This document shows, in pieces, positions 18,498 through 28,075 of a stretch of 64,000 nt of DNA. The notes under the pieces were generated by a model. That model had not been told where the DNA came from. It saw only the letters and a program-made list of their open reading frames with translations, and searched no databases. How positions within the stretch are numbered: position 1 is the first letter of the stretch; every line of letters begins with the position of its first letter. The DNA is from a bacterium (lineage in GTDB: Bacteria > Myxococcota_A > UBA9160 > SZUA-336): the NCBI GenBank assembly GCA_024226335.1, contig JAAELY010000105.1:129-64128 (forward strand), given 5' to 3'. Made by a program: the position numbers and the translations under genes.

Positions 18498-20185
18498 CGG
18501 GTTCCCACCGGAGTGTATCGCAGAGCGTCTTGACAGACGGAAGCCAGCTTTCCGCGACCGTCCGCGTGTGTGTTCAGTACCTGCAGAGCTTCCGGACTGT
18601 TCATTGTGGCCAAAGCCATTGCAGCGCGCCGCCAGGTGTCGAGTTCGGAACGACCGGGCATCCATTTGCCTCGCAGCGTATTGCTCAGAAATCCAATGGC
18701 CGGTAGTCCGCCCCCGGCGCCGAGCGCCTTGAACAGCAGGTCCTTTTCCTCGTCACCGATCTGCTTGAGATCTGCAGATTCGAGCCGTTCGATGATCCGA
18801 GCACAGTCGAACTCTTTTCGGTCCTCGATCATGCCGGCGAGCGCTGCGATGCGCACGCTGGAGTCCTGATCGTCAAGTGCCAGACTCCAGAGACGTGGGC
18901 GGATATCGTCGTCGACCTGCAACATCAGCCCATCGATCGCTTCAACACGCAGAGCGGCGTTGTCTGAATCGAGACAGGACACGAGTGCTTCTTTTGCGTT
19001 TTCGTCTTTCAGGCGTCCGAGAACGCGCGCGAAGTAGCGATGATTGGCCCGAGCCGCGTGGAGCAGGTGTGCCATCACCGGTTCCAGAGCGCCGCTGCCT
19101 ACCTTCACGAGCATATCGACGTAGAAGCGTTTGAGATGCTCGCCTTTGGAACGGGAAAGCAACGCACTGAGTGATTCCGCCGCCCAGTCTCCAAATCCCA
19201 AAAAGAGTGCCTCGGCCTGGTCTTCCTGGCACGTCCCTCGTTCCAGTGCAGTGGCGATCAGCGCGAGCCTGTCTGGATGGGCCATCCGTTCCAGGCTCTG
19301 TCGTACCGGGTACTGCGCTTCCAGTGGAAGCGAGCCGCGCATACCCACGAGTACGCGCGCTGCATCGTCGAAGCGTTCTTCGATCAGCAACCGTTCGAAG
19401 GATCGCTCGAGCAAGCGAGTGATTTCCTCTGCCCGGTCGTGCCGCTGCGGTCGAGTGAGGTTCTCGACCAGTGAGCCGATGAAGCTGGACCAGGCTGGAT
19501 TGTCCTCGAACTTCTGGATCTCGCCGCGGATGTACACCTCGTCGACCGTGCTGATCTGGAAGGCTTCTTCATCGGGTACCGGAACCGCGCCAGTGGCCTG
19601 GCTCTCTTCCGCGGGGAACTGGAGTGCGGGAGTGGAGTCGCCTTCCAGGACCTCATCGGGTACCTCGAGATCCAGATAGGGATCCGTGGCAACAAAACGC
19701 ACGTTCTGCAGGTCAGCCTCCCAGAGCAACGTGACGTAATCGCGCCCGGGATCCCCAGGTTCCATCCGCGTGGCGATCGCGCACAGGAAGCGGGTCAATT
19801 CCTCCAGGTCGAGTCCTTCTCCGAACATCAATCTGCGAATCCCTACGCGATACAGACGGGCGGGAAGGTCCGAAGTATCGTTCGGATGGAGCACAGTTTG
19901 GGATTTCCACAGCAACTGGTCGGGAAGCACCTCCAGGTCGAGTGGCAAGAGCGCGCCGAAGCGCGGTTCGAGTTCTCGCAAGAGGGTCTCGCAGATTGGC
20001 TCATCCGGCGAGTACGTACGAAAGGTCCGCTCAGTGCGCAGCAAGGCGCGAACGACAGATGAAACTCCACCCAGTTCCGGTTCTGATGGGGTGACCGTCG
20101 CCGGTTCCGCCTCTGAAACGGAAGTGCACTCGACGCCCAAGGGTTCCGAACTTGCGTGCTCATGAAAGCTGTCTTCTGTCGCCAT
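18494..20185 (-). CDS. hypothetical protein with C-terminal HEAT/armadillo-like repeats
   Basis: A 563-aa ORF whose C-terminal third has HEAT-like repeats (ALRVEAIDGL…SSVRIAALAGM…). No N-terminal domain is recognised. ATG at 20185; the longer ORF from 20311 uses a TTG. Confidence 0.55.
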   Translation of the reverse strand: MATEDSFHEHASSEPLGVECTSVSEAEPATVTPSEPELGGVSSVVRALLRTERTFRTYSPDEPICETLLRELEPRFGALLPLDLEVLPDQLLWKSQTVLHPNDTSDLPARLYRVGIRRLMFGEGLDLEELTRFLCAIATRMEPGDPGRDYVTLLWEADLQNVRFVATDPYLDLEVPDEVLEGDSTPALQFPAEESQATGAVPVPDEEAFQISTVDEVYIRGEIQKFEDNPAWSSFIGSLVENLTRPQRHDRAEEITRLLERSFERLLIEERFDDAARVLVGMRGSLPLEAQYPVRQSLERMAHPDRLALIATALERGTCQEDQAEALFLGFGDWAAESLSALLSRSKGEHLKRFYVDMLVKVGSGALEPVMAHLLHAARANHRYFARVLGRLKDENAKEALVSCLDSDNAALRVEAIDGLMLQVDDDIRPRLWSLALDDQDSSVRIAALAGMIEDRKEFDCARIIERLESADLKQIGDEEKDLLFKALGAGGGLPAIGFLSNTLRGKWMPGRSELDTWRRAAMALATMNSPEALQVLNTHADGRGKLASVCQDALRYTPVGTR

Positions 20186-20403
20186 TCTCCGCCGCCCAAT
20201 AAGAGTACAGGCAAGAGAATCGGCGCGAGCTAGAGCGGTCTTTATCAGTGCGGGTCCAAAGACGACACGAACGTCGTATTGCCTGTCGCTGGTGGACCGC
20301 CTGCCTCTCAATGACCGATCTGACCGGCCTGACTCGAACTCGCTATCCGCGCAGCGGCGGAATCCAGGTTCGCCAGTTGCCGCTTCTGTTCACGAAAAGG
20401 CAA

Positions 20404-21231
20404 TCAGCCTTCGGTGAGCTTCTTGTAGGCGTGGTAGTGACGCAGCGCATCGTTGCTCCGCCCGAGCAGTTCGCACAGACCCGCGAGATTGAAATGGGCA
20501 TCTGCGAAGTCCGGGTCCAGTGCGACCGCGCGCTCGTAGTGGACGATCGCTTGAGACGCCCCCTGGGCGTCTTCCAGCGCCAGGCCCAGATTGAAATGCA
20601 CGACTGGATCGTCCTCACTGTGTTCCAGGGCAGCCTGATACAACTGAATCGCCGAACCGGGATCTCCCGACACGTGAGCGAGCCGGCCCAGATTCACGTA
20701 GGCGTCGACCAGTTCCGGATCGAGTTCGAGCGCTCGCGCGTAGGCGTTGGCGGCACCTTCGTGGTCATCGTCCTCCAGATCGAGAGCGCGGCAGAATTCC
20801 CGCTCGGCCAGAGCTCGCCGCGACTCGCTCGAACGAGCCGCAGCTGCGCTGCGCAGGTCTTCCACCCGATCCGCCAGTTCGTCCACGTCGAAGTTGAACA
20901 GGGTCTGGCCGGTTTCGGGTTGCCAGGCCGCATCTTCGGAGCGCACCGCCACATTGCGTCCGTCCGCGAAGATGCGCAGGCCCGAGAGCGGCTGCTCGAG
21001 CGCCAGATCATCGGCCAGCGCCGCCAACGCTCGTTGAACTCGCACCCGCGGCACATTCGCCTGAAACAGTCCCTGGGCGGCCCGAAGTACCACCAGATCC
21101 TGGAAAGAGAAGGAGTAGCTCCGGCCGTCGCGGACTGGACGGCAGAGTCCCGAGCGCACCAGCTCCCGGACCTGCAATTCCTTCATGCCCAGGATCCGCG
21201 AGACCTCCGCGGTGGACAGATTTCGACTCAT
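20404..21231 (-). CDS. MerR-type HTH DNA-binding protein with C-terminal TPR repeats
   Basis: N-terminal MerR-like HTH (MSRNLSTAEVSRILGMKELQVRELVRSGL). The C-terminal half has TPR repeats (AYVNLGRLAHVSGDPGSAIQLYQAALEHSEDDPVVHFNLGLALE…AHFNLAGLCELLGRSNDALRHY). Confidence 0.65.
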   Translation of the reverse strand: MSRNLSTAEVSRILGMKELQVRELVRSGLCRPVRDGRSYSFSFQDLVVLRAAQGLFQANVPRVRVQRALAALADDLALEQPLSGLRIFADGRNVAVRSEDAAWQPETGQTLFNFDVDELADRVEDLRSAAAARSSESRRALAEREFCRALDLEDDDHEGAANAYARALELDPELVDAYVNLGRLAHVSGDPGSAIQLYQAALEHSEDDPVVHFNLGLALEDAQGASQAIVHYERAVALDPDFADAHFNLAGLCELLGRSNDALRHYHAYKKLTEG

Positions 21232-21440
21232 GGCGTGGGCCCCCCCCAACGATCCCTATTCTACTGGGAAGCTACCTCGATTGTCGGGTTCGCCCATTCC
21301 GGCTCGCTTGCCAGTTCCCGGCCGCGAAATTCCTCCGACTGGACCCGGAGGTCTGGAACATCCAAACTGGGTCCTCTGGTTGGATCCGAGTGAGGGTACA
21401 CCGTTGAGTGTTTTGTGGGGACATTGGAGTACTCCGTCTT

Positions 21441-21481
21441 TCGTTTACCGTCACCCGTTCGTTTTCCCGGTCGTTTTCCCG
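21441..21481. promoter_or_regulatory. three direct repeats TCGTTT(T/A)CCCG in the divergent intergenic region
   Basis: tcgtttaccg (21441-21450), tcgttttcccg (21459-21469) and tcgttttcccg (21471-21481). They lie 37-77 nt upstream of the RND exporter start and in the divergent promoter region of the MerR/TPR gene. Confidence 0.3.
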
Positions 21482-21517
21482 TTGGGGCGTTGATTTGCAC
21501 AGGGAGTCTATTTCGCC

Positions 21518-23920
21518 TTGACGGTACACGAGCGCATCGAACTCGGTTTCGAACGATGGGGCCATTTCGTATTCCGGGCGCGCTGGTATGTGATCGCGTC
21601 GGTGTTGGTCCTGACCGGCTTTCTGGTTTCCTTTCTCCCGCAATTGGAAACGGATTTCTCGGGTTTGGGCTATCTGGACAAGCGGGATCCCTCTCGCGTG
21701 GTCTACGAGAAGTTTCGCGAGCAGTTCGGCACCGAGGGGCGGATCCTCATCGGGTTGAATCCGCCGGAGGTTTTCGATCTGGGTTTTCTCGAACTCTTGC
21801 GAGAACTCCACACCGATATCGAGAAAGAGGTTCCACACCTCGATGAAATCAATAGCCTGATCAACGCCCGGCATACCCGCGGCGAAGGGGATCGGCTGAT
21901 TGTCGAAGATCTGATGGAAGCCTGGCCCGAGAGCGAAACTGATCTCGAGAAGTTGCGCGAGAGGGTCTACGCGAATCCACTGTATGTGAATACCGTGATC
22001 TCCGAGAGTGCTCGCTTCACCTCGATCAACGTGTCGGCGAATACCTATTCGTCGGCCGGAGCCGAAGAGTCTGAGCTCGAGGGTTTTGACGAGGACGACG
22101 GTCGAGGAACGCTTCGCACCGGCGAAGAAGAGAAGGAACTGCTCGCCGCGCTCGAGTCGGTCGTCAATCGCCATCGAACGGGTGACTATCCGATCTACGT
22201 GATCGGCGACATGATCATGAAGCACAGGCTCACGGATACTTCGCGCCGAGACATGACTGTGTTCAGCTCGATGACGATCCTCTCGATCATTCTTCTGCTC
22301 TTCCTCCTGTTCCGTCGCACTAGTGCAACTCTGCTTCCGATGTTGGTGATCCTCGCGTCGGTGCTTGCCACCCTGGGAGCGATGGCCATGCTCGGCTATC
22401 CGTTCACGGCCACCATGCAGATTCTGCCTTCGTTCTTGATTGCGGTCGGTATCTGCGGATCTGTCCACTTGCTGGCGATCGTCTATCAGAATCTGGGTCG
22501 CGGTCTCGAACGCGAAGACGCGATCGCCGCGGCGCTGGCGCATTCGGGTCTGGCGATCGTCCTGACGAGTGCGACCACCGCCGGGGCGCTCGGTTCCTTT
22601 GCCTCGGCGAGCGTAGCCCCGGTAGCCCATCTGGGGATCATCTCCCCGATCGGCGTATTCCTGGCGTTGCTGTACACACTGACGCTATTACCGGCTCTGC
22701 TCTCCCTGGCAAAGCTCCGCCCGCCGTCCGTCGGCTCCGAGGTTCGCCAGCGCACGAGCGACTGGCTGGTTCGCATCGGGGAGTTTGGTACGCGTCGCCC
22801 CGGATTCGTATTGGGTTTCACCGGCCTACTCCTGCTGGTTGCAATCGCGGGGCTCACCCGGATTCACTTCGCGCACAATGTGATTCGCTACCTGCCGACG
22901 AGCGATCCTTTGCGAATGGCCACCGAGCTCCTGGACGAGGAACTCGGCGGCAGTGAAACTCTCGAGATCCTGGTCGACGCAGGGAGCGAGAACGGATTGC
23001 ACGATCCGGGCCTGCTGAAGAACCTGGATCGCATCATGGGCATGGCGTCAGACTACGAGGGATCGATCGCTGTCGGCAAGGCGACTTCGATCGTCGATGT
23101 GCTCAAGGAAACCCACCAGGCTCTCAACGAAAACCGCTCTGAGTTCTACACGGTGCCCGAAGCCAGACCTCTGGTGGCGCAGGAGTTGCTGCTCTTCGAA
23201 AACAGCGGCTCCGATGATCTCGAGGATCTAACCGACTCTCAGTTTCAGCTGGCTCGCGTGACACTTCAGGTTCCCCAGGGAGACGGCGTCGACTACTTGC
23301 ATCTGATCGAAGATCTCGAACCGGCCTTTCACGATGTGATCGGTGAAGGAGTAGAGCTGACGCTCACCGGTATGTCGGTTCTTTCGTCCCGGGTGTTCCT
23401 TCAGATGTACACCAGCATGGCCAATTCCTACCTGATCGCCTTCTGCGTGATCACCACACTGATGGTGCTATTGATCGGGCGTCTGGGCCTCGGCTTGCTC
23501 AGCATGGTTCCGAATCTGATTCCGGTCGTGTTCGTGCTCGGGGCCATGGGCTGGTTGGATGTACCGCTGAACATGTCGACGCTACTGATCGGCAGCATTG
23601 CAATCGGCCTGGCCGTCGACGACACCATCCACTTCATGCACAAGTTCACGCGCTACTTCGAAAAGACTCGGAGCGTCAGTGCGGCAGTACACGAGACATT
23701 GGTCACGACAGGATCAGCCATGCTGATTACCTCCGTCGTATTGTCGACCAGCTTCATGTTCTTCGTGTTCGGCTATCTTACCAGCATGCTCACATTCGGG
23801 TTTCTTACCGCTTCAGCGACCATGATGGCCTTCTTTGCCGATATCCTGATCGCGCCTGCGCTCCTGACGCTCATCTATGGGAGAGATGCCGCGGTTGAAC
23901 CCGGTGCGGGTGCGGCGTGA
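21518..23920 (+). CDS. RND-superfamily / MMPL-type exporter
   Basis: An 800-aa protein with two sets of ~6 TM helices, each preceded by a large periplasmic loop. It has the architecture of MMPL/HpnN-like exporters. Confidence 0.8.
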   Translation: MTVHERIELGFERWGHFVFRARWYVIASVLVLTGFLVSFLPQLETDFSGLGYLDKRDPSRVVYEKFREQFGTEGRILIGLNPPEVFDLGFLELLRELHTDIEKEVPHLDEINSLINARHTRGEGDRLIVEDLMEAWPESETDLEKLRERVYANPLYVNTVISESARFTSINVSANTYSSAGAEESELEGFDEDDGRGTLRTGEEEKELLAALESVVNRHRTGDYPIYVIGDMIMKHRLTDTSRRDMTVFSSMTILSIILLLFLLFRRTSATLLPMLVILASVLATLGAMAMLGYPFTATMQILPSFLIAVGICGSVHLLAIVYQNLGRGLEREDAIAAALAHSGLAIVLTSATTAGALGSFASASVAPVAHLGIISPIGVFLALLYTLTLLPALLSLAKLRPPSVGSEVRQRTSDWLVRIGEFGTRRPGFVLGFTGLLLLVAIAGLTRIHFAHNVIRYLPTSDPLRMATELLDEELGGSETLEILVDAGSENGLHDPGLLKNLDRIMGMASDYEGSIAVGKATSIVDVLKETHQALNENRSEFYTVPEARPLVAQELLLFENSGSDDLEDLTDSQFQLARVTLQVPQGDGVDYLHLIEDLEPAFHDVIGEGVELTLTGMSVLSSRVFLQMYTSMANSYLIAFCVITTLMVLLIGRLGLGLLSMVPNLIPVVFVLGAMGWLDVPLNMSTLLIGSIAIGLAVDDTIHFMHKFTRYFEKTRSVSAAVHETLVTTGSAMLITSVVLSTSFMFFVFGYLTSMLTFGFLTASATMMAFFADILIAPALLTLIYGRDAAVEPGAGAA

Positions 23921-24858
23921 CTGAGATCTCTCTCGCGGTACACGGCGGGGCCGGGGGGCCGTCACGGGCTCCCAGTGAGAGCGAGCGCGATGGGTTGCGT
24001 CGCAAGGCGTTGGCCGCTGCCCTGCGCAGCGGTCACGAGATCCTGAGTCTCGGCGGTTCCGCCCTGGATGCGGTCGTTGCGGCTGTCGTCGTGCTCGAAG
24101 ACGACGAGGTATTCAATGCGGGACCCGGGAGTGTGCTGCGTTCCGATGGCGGTGTCGTCATGGATGCTTCGCTGATGGACGGGGCGACAGCTCAGGCCGG
24201 TGCCGTCGCCGGAGTTCGTCGCATCCGCAATCCGATTCGCGGAGCTCGTTGTGTACTCGATGATGGACGATACGTCTTGCTCTCGGGAACCGGTGCCGAG
24301 GATTTCGTCTCGGACCGCGGAGTGATGCTCGCGGATCCGCAGAGTTTCGTGACCGAAGCGCGCGCGCGGCAGCTCGAGTCGACCCGCCGTCGCCAGAGTG
24401 TTCTGCTCGATCACGACGCCGAAGGCCTTGGTACCGTTGGTGCGGTCGCACGCGACGCGAACGGCCACCTGGCCGCTGCAACCTCGACCGGAGGTATGAC
24501 CAACGCACTGGCTTCGCGTATTGGTGACTCGCCACTGATTGGCGCGGGCACCTGGGCCGATGATGCGACGTGTGCGGTTTCCGGTACCGGCGAGGGGGAG
24601 ATCTTCATGCGCTCCGCCTTCGCGCACGAGATCGACGCTCGAATACGTCTGGCTGGTGAGAGCATCGCTGAAGCCTGCACGGGCGCGCTCGCACGGGTTG
24701 TCCGGCTCGGCGGTGTCGGAGGTGGCATCGCTCTCGCCGCCGAAGGCCAACCAGTACTCGATCTGACCACGTCGGCCATGCCGCGAGGCGCGATCGGTGC
24801 AGACGGAGTCGCGCGCATCGCTCTGCTGGCCGGGGAGCCGCTGCGCCCTGCATCCTGA
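23917..24858 (+). CDS. isoaspartyl peptidase / L-asparaginase (Ntn-hydrolase, asparaginase_2 family)
   Basis: AVHGGAG at the N-terminus, the autocleavage/nucleophile block GTVGAVARD, and GTGEGE. The GTG start overlaps the exporter stop (GTGA). Confidence 0.85.
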   Translation: MTEISLAVHGGAGGPSRAPSESERDGLRRKALAAALRSGHEILSLGGSALDAVVAAVVVLEDDEVFNAGPGSVLRSDGGVVMDASLMDGATAQAGAVAGVRRIRNPIRGARCVLDDGRYVLLSGTGAEDFVSDRGVMLADPQSFVTEARARQLESTRRRQSVLLDHDAEGLGTVGAVARDANGHLAAATSTGGMTNALASRIGDSPLIGAGTWADDATCAVSGTGEGEIFMRSAFAHEIDARIRLAGESIAEACTGALARVVRLGGVGGGIALAAEGQPVLDLTTSAMPRGAIGADGVARIALLAGEPLRPAS

Positions 24859-24869
24859 TCTGTGGTGAT

Positions 24870-25616
24870 ATGCTGCGTCGCGAGGACGAAGCGTTGGAGA
24901 AGCTCATCTATCTGATCTGGTCGCCGAAAGAAGGCGATCCCGATCGAATCCAGAAACAGCTCTTGCAGGACTGCGCGCCGCGCCTTCTGGAGCTGAACCC
25001 GCGAGGGCTCTCGATGAACATCGACGATTCGCAGTCGATCGTCGCCAGCCCCACGCCGTGGCCAAAGGCCGAAACTCCATTGGCTGCGGAGGTGTGCATC
25101 TGGCTCGATTGTTGCGATCGTCGCGCATCCTTTGAGCGGATATTCTCGGAGGTTGGCAGTGAAACCGCGGGTTATCTGGTAACCGAGTCGCTGTATACCG
25201 ACTACGGAGGCAATCGGCACGGCAAACCACGGGACTGGCCAGACGGGCAGCGTTCACCCGGAGTGCTGACGGTGACTCTACTCGAGAAGCCCGCCTCCAT
25301 GTCTCATGACGACTGGATTGATCACTGGCACGGGACCCAATCGCCAGAGTCCGAGGCCATCCAGCCGCGTGCTCGCTATGTTCGCAACACCGTGGTCCGA
25401 GCACTCACCTCGAATGCTCCTCCTTATCTCGGTATTGTGGATGAAGCCTGGCCCTCGGCCGAGCACATCAGCGACCCCATGCTCTTTTTCCAGGCTGAAG
25501 GCTCTCGAGAACAGATGACGAAGAACATCGAGCGCATGATGGCCAGCGTCAGTGGATTCCTGGAACTGGATCGTATTCGCAACGTAACGATGAGCGAATA
25601 TCTGTTGAAGACCTGA
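24870..25616 (+). CDS. hypothetical protein
   Basis: A 248-aa ORF with good codon-usage continuity and no recognisable motif. It may be a tandem alpha+beta-barrel (EthD-like) protein, but this is unverified. Confidence 0.4.
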   Translation: MLRREDEALEKLIYLIWSPKEGDPDRIQKQLLQDCAPRLLELNPRGLSMNIDDSQSIVASPTPWPKAETPLAAEVCIWLDCCDRRASFERIFSEVGSETAGYLVTESLYTDYGGNRHGKPRDWPDGQRSPGVLTVTLLEKPASMSHDDWIDHWHGTQSPESEAIQPRARYVRNTVVRALTSNAPPYLGIVDEAWPSAEHISDPMLFFQAEGSREQMTKNIERMMASVSGFLELDRIRNVTMSEYLLKT

Positions 25617-25703
25617 AGACCTGACGATCGGCGATGACGACGAAAGTCGAATGGAGCCCGGCCGGCCAGAACGCTCAGTAACCCCATCTATTAGAGGAAA
25701 TCA

Positions 25704-26279
25704 ATGTTCCACAGCATCTACGTCGGACGGTATGCGATCGTTGCGCTACTGGCTTTCGGCTTGACCGGTTGCGGCAGCGCAGAAGAGAAGGTCCCGAGCC
25801 AGGTCACCGTCCCGGATCAACCCGCAGCTCCCAGTGAATCCGAACCGAAGGACCAGCCCGTCCCCACCGAAAAGCCCGAACCGGCCCCGACACCCGTCGT
25901 CAAGACTCCAGCGCCCGCGCCTCCGCCCGTTACCAAGACTCCGCCACCGACATCCCAGCCTGTCGCCAAGACCCCGGCCGCGGCAAGCCTGCGCGGCGAC
26001 GCGGCGGCCGGCGCGTCGCTTTATCAAACGTACTGCTCGTCCTGCCACGGCGACGGCATCACTCTGGGACCGCTGGGCAAAGCCCTGCAACCGCCTCCGC
26101 CCATGCACGGCGATCGCGCCTTCATGTCCACTCTTTCTGACGAGCAACTGTACAAGGCGGTCAAGGAAGGCGGAGCCGCGGTCGGGAAGTCGCCATTGAT
26201 GGCTCCATTTGGTGAGCTCATACCGGACCAGGGCATCAAGGATCTGATTGCTCATATGCGCAAGATCTCGGGAACCTGA
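25704..26279 (+). CDS. c-type cytochrome lipoprotein with a Pro-rich linker
   Basis: Lipoprotein signal (LLAFGLTGCGS), a ~70-aa Pro/Thr/Lys-rich low-complexity linker, then a CxxCH haem-binding motif (CSSCHGD) and a distal Met (LMAPFG). Confidence 0.65.
   Translation: MFHSIYVGRYAIVALLAFGLTGCGSAEEKVPSQVTVPDQPAAPSESEPKDQPVPTEKPEPAPTPVVKTPAPAPPPVTKTPPPTSQPVAKTPAAASLRGDAAAGASLYQTYCSSCHGDGITLGPLGKALQPPPPMHGDRAFMSTLSDEQLYKAVKEGGAAVGKSPLMAPFGELIPDQGIKDLIAHMRKISGT
25890..25990 (+). repeat. imperfect tandem coding repeats (V-x-K-T-P-A/P units) inside the cytochrome c linker
   Basis: PVVKTPAPAPPPVTKTPPPTSQPVAKTPAA at the protein level. The corresponding nucleotide repeats are aagactcc…/aagactcc…/aagacccc…. 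Confidence 0.3.
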
Positions 26280-26308
26280 TCACAGCCGACCAGGAAGGAA
26301 AACGCAAA

Positions 26309-27181
26309 ATGAAGCTAGCCACGTTCACTCATGCCGGAAAGACACGCATCGGTGTCGTGATCGGAACCGAGATCGTCGATCTCGCTACGGTCGCACCAGG
26401 CCTGCCGACCGAGATGATTGCGTTTCTGGAAGCTGGGGAACCGGCGCTGGATGAGGCGAGCAGCGCGTCTGAAGCAGCGCGTTCGCGCCTGCCGCTGGCC
26501 GAGGTGAAGCTCGAGGCCCCCGTTCTCCGACCGCCCAAGATTCTGGCCGTGGGGTTGAATTACAAGGACCACATCGCAGAGGCGGGCATGGACACGCCGA
26601 AGGTCCCCATGATCTTCAACAAGCAGTCCACCTCCGCGCACGCCCCGAACGAAGCGTTTCACCTTCCCAAGGTTTCACATCGGCTCGACTACGAGGGTGA
26701 ACTGGGCTTCGTAATCGGTCGGCGCTGTCGCCACGTTCCCAGGGAGCGGGCACATGAGGTGATCGCCGGTTACTGCGTGGTAAATGACGTGAGCGTTCGC
26801 GACTGGCAGATACGCGTACCCACCTTCACGATGGGCAAGTCCTTTGACACACACTGCCCGTTCGGTCCCTATATCGTGACCCCCGATGAAGTGGGAGATC
26901 CGCACTCGCTCTCGATCCGCACGTGGGTCAATGGCGAAGAGCGCCAGAACTCCAACACCAAGGAACTGCTCTTCGATTGCTACACCCTGGTGGAGCATCT
27001 CTCGACCGCCTTCACACTGGAGCCGGGCGATCTGATTCCGACTGGCACGCCTGGTGGAGTCGGGGGTGTTATGAAGCCTCCGTCCTGGCTGGTCGAAGGC
27101 GATACCGTGCGCATCGAGATCGAGCGGGTCGGGGTACTCGAGAACGGCGTCATCGCGGAGCCCGATACCGCTCTCATCTAA
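26309..27181 (+). CDS. fumarylacetoacetate hydrolase (FAH) family protein
   Basis: FAH-fold blocks (ILAVGLNYKDH, DYEGELGFVIG, PTGTPGGVG). Confidence 0.85.
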   Translation: MKLATFTHAGKTRIGVVIGTEIVDLATVAPGLPTEMIAFLEAGEPALDEASSASEAARSRLPLAEVKLEAPVLRPPKILAVGLNYKDHIAEAGMDTPKVPMIFNKQSTSAHAPNEAFHLPKVSHRLDYEGELGFVIGRRCRHVPRERAHEVIAGYCVVNDVSVRDWQIRVPTFTMGKSFDTHCPFGPYIVTPDEVGDPHSLSIRTWVNGEERQNSNTKELLFDCYTLVEHLSTAFTLEPGDLIPTGTPGGVGGVMKPPSWLVEGDTVRIEIERVGVLENGVIAEPDTALI

Positions 27182-27229
27182 ATCACGCGCGGCCCTATAC
27201 TAGCTGGGAGCCCACCCAAAGGAGACTTC

Positions 27230-28072
27230 ATGAGTGATCGCCGTCGTATCGAGACGAATACCGACCATCTGCACGCGCACGTAGAAGACCGTGTAGCCGT
27301 GCTGACCATGAACCGTCCGGAACGCCGCAACGCACTCTCCGGCGAGATGCTCAGCGGACTGGCCATCGCACTCAGGGAGGCGGAGGTCTCCAGTGACGTC
27401 GGATGCGTAGTGCTGACCGGCGCCGGGGGCGGGTTCTGCTCCGGCGGGGACGTCAAGGGCATGAACGAACAGTACAGTGGTTCGGGCGGCACGGGCCGGC
27501 GGATCGGTATCGACGAGTCGATCCATCTACAGCGCCTGCAGCAGCGCGAGACGTCGGGGCGCATCTACGAGATGCCCAAACCCGTGATCGCCTCTCTACC
27601 CGGTGCCGCAGCGGGTGCCGGTTTCGGACTCGCACTGGCGTGTGATCTGAGGATTGCTTCGGAGAAGGCCATCCTGACTACGGCGTTTGCCAAGGTCGGA
27701 TTCAGCGGCGACTACGGCGGCACCTTCTTTCTGACGCGGCTGGTCGGTCCGTCTCGCGCGCAGGAGCTCTACTACCTGTCGGAGCGCATCGATGCGAAGG
27801 AGGCAGAACGCCTGGGTCTGGTGAATCGCGTGGTACCCGAATCTGCCCTCGAGGAGAAGACGCTCGAACTCGCGCGCCAGCTGGCTCACGGCCCGGCCAT
27901 CGCCTACCGCTACATGAAGGAGAACATCCAACGCGCAGCGGGAGGTGCCGAGATGGGTGAGTGTCTCGATCTCGAAGCAACCCATCACCAGCACACCGGG
28001 CGCACCGAAGATCACAAGAACGCCGTACGGGCATTCGTCGAAAAGCGCACGCCCAAGTTCGAAGGGCGTTAG
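27230..28072 (+). CDS. enoyl-CoA hydratase/isomerase family protein
   Basis: Crotonase fold: oxyanion hole and catalytic blocks (VLTGAGGGFCSGGDV…ASLPGAAAGAGFGLALACDLRIAS). Confidence 0.85.
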   Translation: MSDRRRIETNTDHLHAHVEDRVAVLTMNRPERRNALSGEMLSGLAIALREAEVSSDVGCVVLTGAGGGFCSGGDVKGMNEQYSGSGGTGRRIGIDESIHLQRLQQRETSGRIYEMPKPVIASLPGAAAGAGFGLALACDLRIASEKAILTTAFAKVGFSGDYGGTFFLTRLVGPSRAQELYYLSERIDAKEAERLGLVNRVVPESALEEKTLELARQLAHGPAIAYRYMKENIQRAAGGAEMGECLDLEATHHQHTGRTEDHKNAVRAFVEKRTPKFEGR

Positions 28073-28075
28073 TAG

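Noticed and set aside
17073-18665. Long form (530 aa) of the HD-GYP ORF starting at 18665
   Set aside because: It would overlap the upstream HEAT-like gene by 170 nt. An internal ATG at 18497 forms a classic ATGA stop/start overlap and removes an Arg/Ser-rich non-conserved leader.
21272-22630. 452-aa minus-strand ORF (Arg/Gly/Asp-rich) antisense to the RND exporter gene
   Set aside because: Low-complexity translation, with no motif. It lies fully inside a plus-strand gene that has clear exporter topology. This is a typical spurious antisense ORF in GC-rich DNA.
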